Origin: Marsupella aquatica | Lineage: Eukaryota > Plantae > Marchantiophyta | Direction: 5' to 3' | DNA length: 64,000 bases | Assembly: GCA_973895155.1 (NCBI GenBank) | Contig: OZ316892.1 | Span: forward strand, 882,917-946,916 | Shown here: in pieces, positions 1 through 11,136 of the stretch | How positions within the stretch are numbered: position 1 is the stretch's first letter | How the letters are laid out: every line of letters begins with the position of its first letter | Program-made: the position numbers and the translations under genes | The notes under the pieces: generated by a model | The model's input: the letters and a program-made list of their open reading frames with translations, nothing else | Databases searched by the model: none | Told to the model about the DNA's origin: nothing

Positions 1-261
1 GATAATGCTTTGGACAATCAACACTCAACACTTAAAAAGTTCGCGAGGTGATGGATGAGACCTTTTGTGGTCACCCAAATCCATGATAATGCAACGTATA
101 ATGTCAGAGAGATGGACGGAACACATCATCGAACCCGATATGTAGGAAAGCGGATCAAGCTATTCAAAAGAAGGACAAAATTTAGTGTCGAGGATATCAT
201 TGATGAAGACTTACCAAGTGAAGAAGAAATTTGGGACTCACAGATTAGTAGGGGTGAATAG
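1..261 (+). CDS. pol: C-terminal end of Ty3/Gypsy pol (integrase C-terminus), 5'-truncated by window edge
   Basis: KFARWWMRPFVVTQIHDNATYNVREMDGT..YVGKRIKLFKRR aligns with the integrase tail of the complete Gypsy at 34857-35387 (KFARRWQGPYVVVAVHANATYTIRELDGT..YAGKRVKIFKRR); followed by a PPT and TGTCG LTR start. Confidence 0.85.
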
Positions 262-359
262 TCTTATCCAGAATGATTGGTGCAGACCGGAGGCTGCACA
301 AGATTAGTAGGGGTGAATAGTCTTATCCAGAATGATTGGTGCAGACCGGAGGCTGCACA
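241..359 (+). repeat. 59-bp tandem duplication in the Gypsy 3' UTR (contains pre-PPT hairpin and PPT-like tract)
   Basis: agattagtaggggtgaatagtcttatccagaatgattggtgcagaccggaggctgcaca occurs twice in tandem. Confidence 0.9.
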
Positions 360-364
360 GGTTT

Positions 365-377
365 AGTAGGGGTGATA
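365..377 (+). promoter_or_regulatory. Polypurine tract preceding 3' LTR
   Basis: agtaggggtgata immediately before TGTCGT at 378; same position as gagggagga-TGTCGT at 35448-35462. Confidence 0.7.
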
Positions 378-639
378 TGTCGTAAAGAAATGAGTTTTGG
401 AGTTAGAATACCTCACATAGAGTTTCTCACTCCATTAGACATTATTAAAAATTAAATAAAAATAAATAATGTGACTTTAAAGAGTAGTCATTTATAAATT
501 ATTAGATATAATAGACCAAAAATATAGAATAGGTAAAAATAAAATAGTATACCAAAATAATAGTATACCAAAATAATAGTATACCAAATGAGTATAATAG
601 GCCAAGATAATAGAATAGGACAAAAATAAGATAGTGTGC

Positions 640-845
640 CAAAATAGTGGGCTAGCAAATTGTGGATAGTCCACTTTACAAAATAGTGGGCAAAAAAAGT
701 GGGCTAGCAAATTGTGGATAGTCCACTTTACAAAACAGTGTGCTAAGATAGTGGGCAAAATAGTGGGCTAGCAAATTGTGGATAGTCCACTTTACAAAAT
801 AGTGTGCTAAGATAGTGGGCAAAAAAGTGGGCTAGCAAATTGTGG
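640..845 (+). repeat. Tandem repeat array in LTR U3 (agtgggctagcaaattgtggatagtccactttacaaaa core)
   Basis: Core repeated about 3.5 times with variable linkers. Confidence 0.9.
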
Positions 846-1140
846 GTGGTCAACATTTCAAAGTATAAATAGAAGGGAACTTGCTTCCCATAGAGCATTG
901 TGTTCCCACTATTGAGAGTGGAGTTCATGGTTTGCCTTGATATAATGGAGGGCTATGCCACCGGTTTTCATGATGGAAGGAATTGAAGATTTTTCTTATG
1001 GTCATGGAGGGCTATGCCACCACTTGAGCACCTTAAGTTAAATACTCAAATCTGGTAAGGACGGCTATGTCGCCTGTATCAAGGATATATTATCAAAGGT
1101 TAACTTGTACCTTAGGTTTAGCTATTCCCATAGATTGTGA

Positions 1141-1365
1141 ATGATGTTGCATGGGTTGCCAAGAGTGCATAGACCGCCGGGAGTGGTTGTCAACCCATTT
1201 TTGATTAGATTACATTGTTTAGATAAAAATGTAATGCGTCAAACGCTTATGTATCAGTTTGGTATAGATTTTGCCACCATGGTTATGAATTCAAATATTC
1301 CACTCATATATCCCGTAGTTACTTATGAAGAAGAGTGGGTGTGTACTATCTATATTTTATATTAG
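1141..1365 (+). CDS. LTR-encoded microprotein A (copy 1), 74 aa, unknown function
   Basis: Intact ATG-to-stop ORF; NPFLIR.H.LDK..MRQ.L.Y.FG..FA..VM.SN...IYPVV.Y.EEW.C.I..LY conserved with 17994-18209 and 21074-21289. Confidence 0.7.
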   Translation: MMLHGLPRVHRPPGVVVNPFLIRLHCLDKNVMRQTLMYQFGIDFATMVMNSNIPLIYPVVTYEEEWVCTIYILY

Positions 1366-1370
1366 AAAAG

Positions 1371-1580
1371 ATGGATTTGAATCAGGTCCCAAGTCCAATC
1401 TTAAATTTGATGTCTTCCTTGAGTCTAAAGATTATTGTGCGAAGGAAGATATTGTGTAGGGAAATCTTAATAAGAAAGTTTGGAGAAGAGTCGTATAATG
1501 TTATAGTATCTTCGGAAGAAGCTCTAATACTTTACGGGGATCATCCAAGGGGAACTTTAAGTATTTTTGTGCTTGTATAG
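1371..1580 (+). CDS. LTR-encoded microprotein B (copy 1), 69 aa, unknown function
   Basis: ATG 5 nt after the ORF A stop; MDLN..P....RRK...R..LIRK.GE...N.I..S.E.....I.VLV conserved with 18214-18420 and 20863-21069. Confidence 0.7.
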   Translation: MDLNQVPSPILNLMSSLSLKIIVRRKILCREILIRKFGEESYNVIVSSEEALILYGDHPRGTLSIFVLV

Positions 1581-1655
1581 TTCAGGTGAGTAGGCGTATT
1601 TGCACAGGCAGCAAGGCCCAGTGCCTCTTGAGTAGTTTAAAACCCCAAGATACCG

Positions 1656-3884
1656 CTAATGCCTGGCACGCTTGCCAGAGCCGCCTGAGTGGGAGCGGCT
1701 ATCCCGCTGCCTTCTGAGCCAGTCGGCGTCCTGCTTGAGTAGCTGGACCTGGTCCAGCAGAGATTCATTTTCCCGCTTCGCCGCGTCTGCCTCTTCCGCA
1801 GCCTTCTAGCATGCCTCCTCTAGTTGCTGGGTGTCGCTCGTCAGCTTGTCCACCAATTGGGCCTATTTAGTGGCTTCTCCTTGAAGCCGTGCCACTTCTG
1901 CCTTCAAGGCGTCAATCTCGGCTGTATCCCGCTGAGATCTGGAGTTAGCTTCCTCCATATCCTTTTGCCAACTAACGGCTTGCCCCTGCAAACCATCAAT
2001 CTTGGTTCGGAGCCGCACAATCTCAGCGTCCTTTCCGAGCCCGGCCTGTACTGCCAATGCTGCTTGGGCTCTAGCCTCAGCGACCTGGTCCTCCGTGGTC
2101 GTTACCTGAGGCCGTAGTTGTTGGAGTTCAGCCTCCAGGGTTGCCACTTCGTCCTTCAGGTAGGCAGACTCAACCCGATATCGCTCTATTCTTTGCGCGG
2201 TCTTTGCCTGCGCATGTCCTGCCCTTACTACCGCAACCAACTCCTGGTTGAAGAAGTAGGCCACCCTCTGGGCCATGTATTCCCCGGTGTCCCGAGAGAT
2301 CTGTTGCAAGAAATCTCCCAACAACCCATTCAGAAAAGTGCCTGGCGCAAAGAGTTCCAGATGGTCTAGACTGTGTCTCTCTGGATTCGGGCACGGGCTT
2401 TAGGGTTTAGGGTTTAGGATCCAACCCGTGCGGGAGTAGGAGTGGACACATCCAGCCCTTGAGGTAAGTCGGTCGAAGGGGCTGGTTCCACTGGAGGTGG
2501 GTGGTTCTCCTGCACCACCGTGGGGGGTGGCGGAATCTCCCCGGCCACCGTGGTATCTGCTTTGGGTATGGCTTCATCCGGCCCGACTTCGATGGCATTG
2601 TCCCGATTGATCGCGTCTAAGGTTGCAATAACGTCAATGGGTATGCCTGGCGGGGTGGCAGCGGCGGGTTGCGGGCGCCTTACCTGGGCTGGGAACACCC
2701 ATTTTGGCGGGGTTACCTCAGGCTCATTGAGTCACGGGAGGCTTCGGCGGTCGAAACGAGCGTACCACTCGAGGATGATTTCGACGTGGCTAGCGAAGTA
2801 CGCCCTCCCACCAAGGTACAAAGTCTTCCTTCTCCACTTCATCTCCTCGTGGAACTTCTTGACGAAGAACGCCCACTTCCTGGGCCGATAGTTCTCCACC
2901 TGGATGACCTGAGCGGCCGATATTTCTCCTCTAGGTTCCATCATGTGGAGGGCATACCGCTGGAACTCTAGGCGTTCTGCTACCTCCGGGATGAGGCACG
3001 TCCTCATTAAGAACCCATTGTCCACTACCCCTTCGGCCGGGAAGCTAGATGACTGGTATTTAGCTCCCTTGCCCCCAGGAGCCCGCGACTCTACCCGGTT
3101 TATCCCCTCAGGTAAGCCGAAAATCATCTTCAGATGTGCCTCATCGAGACACATCACTCTCCCGTGCGCTCGGGTTTGTTGACGGGCCTTGTCAAAGTTC
3201 TGAATGAACTCCGTCATATCATGCTCGTAATACCTGCTTCCGTTCCAAGGGAGAGAGGCGAGGTGCTCAAACCCCTGGGTCTTCAGATAGCATGCATGCT
3301 TGGGGTGGAGGATGTTCTTGTGAACGTTGTCCCCCATGCGATGCATGGTCAGCTTGGCTACCGCAATCATGGCCAAAGGCAACCCGGATATGGCTGCAGG
3401 CTCCTTCCTCTTCCTACCCCGAGACTGATTTCTGGGGTGACTAGAAGAAGGGGACATCTCTCCATCCTCTCGATCAGGTGGTGGTAGCGCGATTGCCGTG
3501 AGTATTAGTGTCGGGGCCGCTAGCGTTACCGTGTTGTCCCCTCAGACTTGCTGGGGTGGTGCGGGGTTGTTCGTACCCCGCGGTCGTCGATTCAGAGGAG
3601 GGTGAGCCTCCTCGTCTTTGGAGCTGATATGTACCGCATTCACCACGGATCGTACTTGGAGAGGTGGTGGAACCGGTGGCGGGGACTGGCTTGGCTGAGG
3701 CTGAGGAGATGTAGGTGTGGGTACGGGCACGGGTTGGCCGGCACTGGTCGTTGATGGTAGAGTTGCCATGAAGTTCTGCAAGTGTCGGTGGAGGTTTTCC
3801 GACGTAAGTGAAGATGGTCATGTCGACCGGGTAGTGTTGAACTCGCCGTTGATGATAGCCCGGACCTGAGCGGGGATGTGGTCG
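1656..3884 (-). pseudogene. Retroelement accessory ORF X copy 1, 3' part (Transposase_32/ATHILA-ORF1-like domain, Pro-rich linker, coiled coil)
   Basis: ORF pieces 3457-2732 (LASLPW..EFIQNF..RAHGR...IFGLP), 2698-2414 (Pro-rich), 2324-1863 (coiled coil); stops and frameshifts; homologous to 18497-20790. Confidence 0.7.
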
Positions 3885-4287
3885 TGTTGGGTATTTATTC
3901 TTACGTCTAGGTTAGGTATGACGTGGTTGGTACAACAACGTGGGTTGGTACAACTACGTGGTTAGGTACAACTACGTGATTAGGTACAACTATGTGGTTA
4001 GGTACAACTACGTGATTAGGTACAACTATGTTGCACACTATATCATAAGAGGCATGTGTGCTTGGAGAGGAAGAACCAAGGCTCATTGTTATGGAACCAC
4101 TTGAGAGATAAGGAGAGCTTACACTATGGAGACTCGGTATAGCCGACGGGCTTAGAGTTCAGTAAAGCTCTCTTGTGTGTTCCCATGGACGTAGCCTCAA
4201 GGAGGTGAACCACGTATCTCTTGTGTCGACTATTGTGCGTTGGATGGTTCATGGGCTTGCCGTTGCAATCATCGTCTATGCTCAACA
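3885..4287 (+). repeat. 5' LTR of Copia element
   Basis: TGTTGG...CTCAACA; near-identical to 9943-10327; internal ~18-bp ggttaggtacaactacgt array with one more unit than the 3' LTR. Confidence 0.95.
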
Positions 4288-4288
4288 A

Positions 4289-4301
4289 TTGGTATTAGAG
4301 C
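4289..4301 (+). promoter_or_regulatory. Primer binding site (tRNA-iMet type)
   Basis: ttggtattagagc resembles canonical TGGTATCAGAGC, directly after the 5' LTR. Confidence 0.85.
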
Positions 4302-5622
4302 ATGCTTGGGAGGTGACGTGTGTTCGTGACGGGATTTCATGACGGTTTTTCCAGCGTTGAGTGTCGGTGGATTTCCCGGAGTTCCGTCGCATGGAACTTG
4401 GAGTTTATGGGCTCAACGAATAGATCAGGGCAAGAGCTTTCTAACGGTGTGAAGAAATCGCTGAACGGAGCTCGTGGTGCAGAGAGATCTAAGTTTTCGT
4501 CGTTCTGGATTTTGTGAAGAAAGTTGGCAATCGACTCGGAGGGAGAAGCGTCAAGTGTTTTGACTCAACGGAGAGATTGAGGCAAGACGATTGTTTTGAG
4601 TCCGGGATTGGCTCTTTGATGCAAAGAGGAAGGCTAAGCAAAATCAATTACCTTGTTAGACTTGGTGACGGCACCAAGTGCAATTGATCAATATTCGTTG
4701 TTGACAAGGTACCATTTTTTTCTCTTTGAAAAACTGATTCGAAATTGGCTATGGCAATTGAGAGAAATCTGTCATCTTTACCAAAAATTTTATCCCTCGT
4801 TCTTTCCTCGTTTTGGGTGCTTCTTATATCGATCTTCACCGCCTCAGAGTCTAGTTTCCAAATCTGAAATCAGATCTTGATTTCATCAAAACCCGAGTGA
4901 GATATATTGCGTTTGGTGTCGAGGGGTACATTCTGTCGTGTGTATTTTCTGCGCGCGCGATCAGATTTCGACGACGAAGGGTGGTATGGGTTTTGGGGGT
5001 TCGAGGACACGTGTCAGCCCCTCGATTGTTCTTCCAAAATTCCCACAGGGCCTATACAAGGGTCATAGAATATTCCAAAAAACCAGAGAGCTATTTTTTG
5101 ACCGTCCGACAAAGATTTCATCTGCCGAACGGTAACTTTTTTGGTTATTTTTCGGCGAGGTCGTAGCCATTGAAGTTGGCAACGCGGCGCACCAATCACA
5201 TTGCCATTCTGACAACGGGTTGTACTTGGTATTTCGGTTATTCCCTGAGGTGGTCAAAACGGGGGAGTTTCCCAAGGTTTTACCCACCTCGACCGAAATT
5301 TGAATAACTTTTCTGTCAAATTTCGATTTTGATTTCGGTTTTCAATATTGGACTCCTAGCTTTGTGGGCTACGCGGCGGTGTTGAGTTTTGAGTTTTTTG
5401 AGAAGTTGTGAAAAACAATATTTTTTGTGATTTTCTCATATGAGTGATTCGGAGGAGTTTTTCGAAGACGTGGAACTTGAAGCACGAGGATCACCGCGGA
5501 GGTTTCAGGGGTAGAGAGAGCAGCAGGAGGAAGAGCACGTGACACCGATACCATCATCGGTGCGGCGTGTGGTGGAGGAAGCAGTACTACTACTGGAGCT
5601 CACGGTAGTGCCAAAGAAGAAG

Positions 5623-8600
5623 ATGGGGACTTTCAAGCTTGGGGGACCCAAGTATGAAGTGACAAAGTATGATGGGCGCTCTGACTACTTGCTATGGGAG
5701 AAGCAGGTGAAGGGAGTGCTCTATGCGTCAGGGATGGGCCAACTGCTGAGCCCTCGTGAAGACGATGTTGATGAGAAACAATGGGACCGCATGCAGGAGC
5801 AGGGAGTGTGGTGTGTTATACTCTAGCTCATGCCTCCCATCATCAAGCAGTTGGGTGCACGTAAGAATTGCATGTCCTTGTTTGCGGAATTGCAGAGCAA
5901 GTATCACCGCAAGGAGTTGTCGAATCGGCTCTACACTTCCTACAAACTGATGAGTTTCAGGATGAAGGAATCCGGTACGAAGTTGCAAGACCATGTGGAT
6001 GCTTTCAACGACATGGTCGTTGACTTGGAAAACCTTGGGGAGACTTTGAATGATGAGACGAAGGCTATGCAGCTTTTTAGTTCATTGCCTCCATCTTACC
6101 AGTCCCTATCACGAGTGTTGTTGCATCGTGATAGGGATACCATTTTATACAATGACGTGGTAAGTTCTCTGCTTAGTGATGATCTTCAGCAGAATATGCA
6201 CATCACGTCACAGCATTCATCATCTGGTGCTGCCCTCAATGTTAACCATGGGAGGAGTATGCAGCGACCAATTGGGAACCGTAGAACCCAGTTTAGATCT
6301 AAATCCAGATCTAAGTCCAAGGGTAAATCTCCTTAGAGGAGGCAGGTGACATGTTGGAAGTGCAACCAAGTTGGACACTTCAAGCGAGACTGTAAGGGAA
6401 AGGCAACGAAAACTTCATCGGCAAATATGGCTAGGGCTGATGGAGAAGCTGATTTACTCAATGATGAGTATGTTTTATGAAGCCAGGGGTATGCCCTGTG
6501 CACGTCATCTAGGAGAGCAGATGATGTGTGGATTCTTGATTGTGCTTGCTCTTTTCATATTTGTTACATTCGTGAGTTTTTCAGTTCTTACTCTGTTTCA
6601 AACGGTTCAGTTCTGATGGGAAATGATCACTCTTGTCAAATTGAGGGAATTGGGTCTGTGAAGATTCAAATATTTGATGGCGCTGTGTGCACAGTGTCCG
6701 GAGTCAGGTATGTACCTGGCATGCGTAAGAATCTGATTTCACTCGGTGTGTTGGATTCAAATGGTCATCAATGGAGCGTTATTGATGGTGAACTTCAAGT
6801 CAGGTCGGGAGAGACAGTGATTTTGAAGGGGAGTAGACAAAAGAATTTATATGTGTTATAGGGCAATACTGTATGTGGAGAGGCCAATGTAACCAAGTCT
6901 CACAAGGATATGACTCAACTGTGGCATTCACGGCTAGGCCACATGAGTGAGAAGGGTTTGGCTATCTTACGGAAGAATGGACTCATTTCTGATTTGCAAT
7001 CTTGTAAATTAGAGTTTTGTGAGCATTGCATTCTTGGAAAGCAGCATTGTCGTGCTTTTGGTGTTGGAACTCATCGTTCCAAAGCGGTTCTTGAGTACAT
7101 ACATAGTGACGTGTGGGGTCCATCCCCGACTCCCTCACACTCTGGAAAGTTGTACTATGTATCATTTATTGATGATTACTCAAGATTTGTGTGGATTTAT
7201 TTCATGACGCATAAGTATGATGTCTTGTCCATTTTTAAGAAGTGGAAGGCCCAGGTGGAGAATCAGACTGGAAACACGATCAAGTGTTTGGATACAAGGT
7301 GAAGAGTCTGAGGTCAAACAATGGCGAGGAGTACACTTCAATGGAATTTGAAGAGTACTGTTCAGAACAGGGGATAACTCGCCATCTCACCATAGTTTAT
7401 ACTCCGCAGCAGAATGGTGGCGCTGAGAGGCTCAATCGGACACTGTTGAAGCGGTCATGGAGTATGTTGAGCCAATCAGGTTTACCACAAGAATTTTGGG
7501 CAGAAGCTGTCAATACCGCAGCTTATTTGGTAAATCTTTCTCCTTCTAGTGCTATCAATTTCAAAACGCCGTTTGAGATGTGCTATAAGCGGCAAGCAGA
7601 CTATCATGGCTTGGTAGTTTTTGGAAGTGATGCATATGCTCTCACACCGAAGCAGAATAGGACCAAGTTGGATCCTACCTCCAAGAAATGTGTTTTTCGT
7701 GGGTACCAGAGTGGTGTGAAAGCCTATAGGCTATGGGATCCTATTGCCTGTAAGCTCGTTGTCAGTAGGGATGTTTCCTTCAATGAATCCAGATTATTGA
7801 AGGAGGGGGAGAATACTCAGGTCTCTCGTACTGACAAAGGAAAATCTCCTATCCCGGATCTTGTTGAGGGGGAGATTGGTTATGAGGTGCATGACCGGAG
7901 AGAAGGAGTTGCTCCAATTATGGAGTTGGTTCCTGTGCCAGAGGAACCAGAGAAGTTTGTTGATGTTGGTGAGCAGCAAGTAGATGCTGTTGAGCTTCAA
8001 ATTGTACCAGCACACGCAGATCAATCGGAGTCATCGGCTAGAAGAACATCTGGTCGCACTGTACGCGCTCCACCAAGGTATGGACAGTGGGTTGATTCAT
8101 CTCAACTGCAAGAGGATGATTTTGCAACTGATGATGAGGGTGATGCGTTAATTTTGGAAGAAGGGGAACCTTCTTCATTTCATGAGGCAAGTGCTTCAAA
8201 GGAGAAGCACAAGTGGACTGCAGCAATGCAAATGGAGATGCAGTCACTAAAGGACAACAAAACTTGGGAGCTTGTTAAGTTGCCTAAGGGTCAACAAGTG
8301 GTGGACAGCAAGTGGATTTACAAGCTGAAAGATAATTCCATAGGAGGTGGATCGAAGGTCTACAAGGCTAGGTTGGTAGCAAAGGGATTCACACAAGAGA
8401 AAGGTGTGGATTACAATGAGGTCTTCTCACCAGTTGTTAAGTACTCTACAATACGACTATTGTGTGTACTTGTTGTAATGTTTGGTCTGCTGCTAGATCA
8501 GATGGATGTTGTCACAGCTTTCCTCTATGGCACATTGGAAGAGGTGATCTTCATGAGACAACCGCTAGGTTTTGTGAAGAGAGGACAGGAGGAATTGGTT

Positions 8601-9728
8601 TGCAGATTGCTGAAATCCTTGTATGGGTTGAAGCAGTCACCAAGACAGTGGAACAAGCGGTTTGACGCTTGGATTCGGTCACAAGATTTTCACAGAAGTG
8701 TATTTGACCCTTGTGTGTATTTGAAACCGGTAAAGAATGTTGTCTTTGGGTTCATTGTTTTAGTACTTTATGTGGATGATATGCTAATTGCAGCCAAGGA
8801 TAGGTCTGAGATTGTTAAGCTCAAGGCACTGCTTAGTACAGAGTTTAAGATGAAGGACTTAGGGCCAGCTAAGAGGATTTTGGGTATGGAGATCACTAGG
8901 GACTTGGAGGCTGGCAAGCTATGGTTGACACAGAGCAGTTATGCGAGGAAGGTAATTGCAAGGTTCAACATGGGGAATAGCAAGCCAGTAAGTACCCCAT
9001 TGGCTCCACACTTCAAGTTATCATCAGCGTTCTGTCCTACGGATGACACAGAGAAGGGGTTGATGTCAAAGGTTCCGTATGACAAGGCAGTGGGGAGTCT
9101 CATGTATTTGATGACTTGCACTAGACCTGATCTTGCCATGGCTATGGGCAAGGTAAGTAGGTACATGTCGAATCCAGGGAAGGTACACTGGGAAGCAGTG
9201 AAGTGGATTATCAGGTACTTGAAGGGTACCGTGGATCATGGTCTTTTATTTGATGCGAATGCAAAGAATGCTAAATCAATGATTGGCTATGTTGATTCTG
9301 ACTATGGACAAGATTTGGACCGAAGGAGATCAACAACAGGATACGTGTTCACACTTGGCGGTGGATGCATAAGTTGGAGGTATACTTTGCAGAAGTGTAT
9401 TGCTCAATCTACTATAGAAGCGGAGTATGTTGCAGCTGCGGAAGCAGCAAAGGAAGCGATTTGGTTGGATAGACTTATCACTGAAATGGGATTGCCACAG
9501 GGGAATGTGAAGCTCCATTGTGATAGTCAAAGTGCGCTCCACCTTGCTGTGAACCAGGTGATGGACAGCAGAGTGAAGCACATTGACGTCAGGTACCATT
9601 TTATCAGGCAGGCTGTGTCTGATAATTTGTTTGAGCTAGTCAAGATTGATGGTAAACTCAACTCGGCTGACGCATTTACCAAAGTGATTCCTTTGGAGAG
9701 TTTCTCTAGACACCGTGACGTATTGTAG
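5623..9728 (+). pseudogene. gag-pol: Copia gag-pol polyprotein, disrupted
   Basis: Gag (KYDGRSDYLLW, CWKC..GH...C knuckle), protease WILDCACSFH, integrase WHSRLGH..CEHC and HSDVWGP, RT YKARLVAKGF/LYVDDMLI, RNase H YVDSDY..KHIDVRYHF; several stops and frameshifts. Confidence 0.95.
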
Positions 9729-9942
9729 GTTTTGCAATTGCATCACAAGTAGAGTTTTCTTAACATTCATTGTAATTACTGATATATGCTCTTCCTCATT
9801 CCTATGTATTAGGCTACGGCTTAGTTCTGGTTTGCTCAAGTTAGAGAGGGAAACCGGTTTGGTTTTTGTCCAGAACTTCCCGCTGAGGGATCATATACAT
9901 TGGCAGTATTACTCTCCCCTAGACCAGAGTCAAAGGAAAGAT

Positions 9943-10327
9943 TGTTGGGTATTTACTCGTACGTCTAGGTTAGGTATGACGTGGTTGGTACAACAACGTG
10001 GGTTGGTACAACTACGTGATTAGGTACAACTATGTGGTTAGGTACAACTACGTGATTAGGTACAACTATGTTGCACACTATATCATAAGAGGCATGTGTG
10101 CTTGGAGAGGTACAACCAAGGCTCATTGTTATGGAGCCACTTGAGAGATAAGGAGAGCTTACACTATGGAGACTCGGTATAGCCGACGGGCTTAGAGTTC
10201 AGTAAAGCTCTCTTGTGTGTTCCCATGGATGTAACCTCAAGGAGGTGAACCACGTATCTCTTGTGTCGACTATTGTGCGTTGGATGGTTCATGGGCTTGC
10301 CGTTGCAATCATCGTCTATGCTCGATA
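9943..10327 (+). repeat. 3' LTR of Copia element
   Basis: Direct repeat of 3885-4287, followed by TSD GGTCG. Confidence 0.95.
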
Positions 10328-10332
10328 GGTCG

Positions 10333-10661
10333 AAGTGGTGCCGTTGTAAGTCGATCATGCCCGGAATATTGAAGACCTCATCCGAAAGCCGAAGCAGTGC
10401 CTCCCAAAAGCCGATGTATTTGCCTCCATCAAAGAAGTACCCTGATACCTCTTCGGGTTGGTAAAGCTCGCTCTAGGATGGGTACTCAAAGTTAAGGAGA
10501 TAGTGGTGGCGGCCTGCTAGGCGGATGGCTCTCTCATATTCGCGTTTGATCTCATATCGGCGCGGATTGGCGTGTTTCAATGAGTCGGCCAAGTGCCCTC
10601 CGATAGACAGGAACTGAGTCCAGAATCGTATGGCCGAACTGGAAAGGATCATGTGCAACAT
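10333..10661 (-). pseudogene. Accessory ORF X copy 1, N-terminal part (separated from 1656-3884 by the Copia insertion)
   Basis: AIRFWTQFLSI...YFFDGGKYIGFWEALLR resembles AAHFWGCLLEL...LLFCENKIVGIREAINR of 16445-16882; frame continues across the Copia TSD. Confidence 0.6.
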
Positions 10662-11136
10662 TCAAGGGAGATACCAGGTGACTAAGGAAAAGCGAGAGAG
10701 TTGGGATCGAAGCTGGCGCATGGACTGGAGAGCTTGGTGCACTACAAAGGATCGGCCCCCTTTTATACCCTAAGAGCTCATCGATCGCCTGATGCCTCCT
10801 CGTCGATTATAGGTCAAGCCTTTCACGCTCGCAGTGTACCGGCCCCTTCTCCAATCCGGGTCAGCTCATGTCAGTGGCCGCCTCCCGGAGTTTGTTATAC
10901 GGACCCAAGGAAGGGGGGAAAATGGGCCCATTACACACTCACAACCCGGGTGTGCGATTGGCGACCTGCCGCCAGCCCAAACATGAATTCCCCTTACTGA
11001 CTAATGATTTCCTACTCATAATGGCTACCTAAATATTGTCGTTATGCTAATAATAATGGCCTAAGATACCCCTAACGTGCGTGCTAAGCGCGGTTAGACC
11101 GAATTACTCATTACCCGTCGTACCGGCGGTGTCACA
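10662..11136 (-). promoter_or_regulatory. Terminus and promoter region of ORF X host element 1
   Basis: Minus strand begins TGTGACACCGCC at 11136 (LTR-type end that interrupts ORF Y); TATAAAA box at 10761-10767 about 100 bp upstream of the ORF X ATG. Confidence 0.55.

Larger units (their letters stand above)
378..1652 (+). mobile_element. 3' LTR of Gypsy element (smORF-encoding LTR family, copy 1)
   Basis: Starts TGTCGT right after the PPT; AT-rich segment, tandem array, TATAAATA at 864-871, two small ORFs; ends ccccaagata (decayed ...GACA) 72 nt after the second ORF stop, the same spacing as copies 2 and 3; followed by CCGC. Confidence 0.75.
3885..10327 (+). mobile_element. Full-length decayed Ty1/Copia LTR retrotransposon (Tork/Tnt1-like)
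   Basis: LTRs 3885-4287 and 9943-10327, 5-bp TSD GGTCG, PBS tggtattagagc (tRNA-iMet type), PPT caaaggaaaga, domain order gag-PR-IN-RT-RH. Confidence 0.95.

Noticed and set aside
945-1075. CRISPR-like repeat-spacer array
   Set aside because: Only 2-3 short degenerate repeats inside a eukaryotic LTR, with no cas genes
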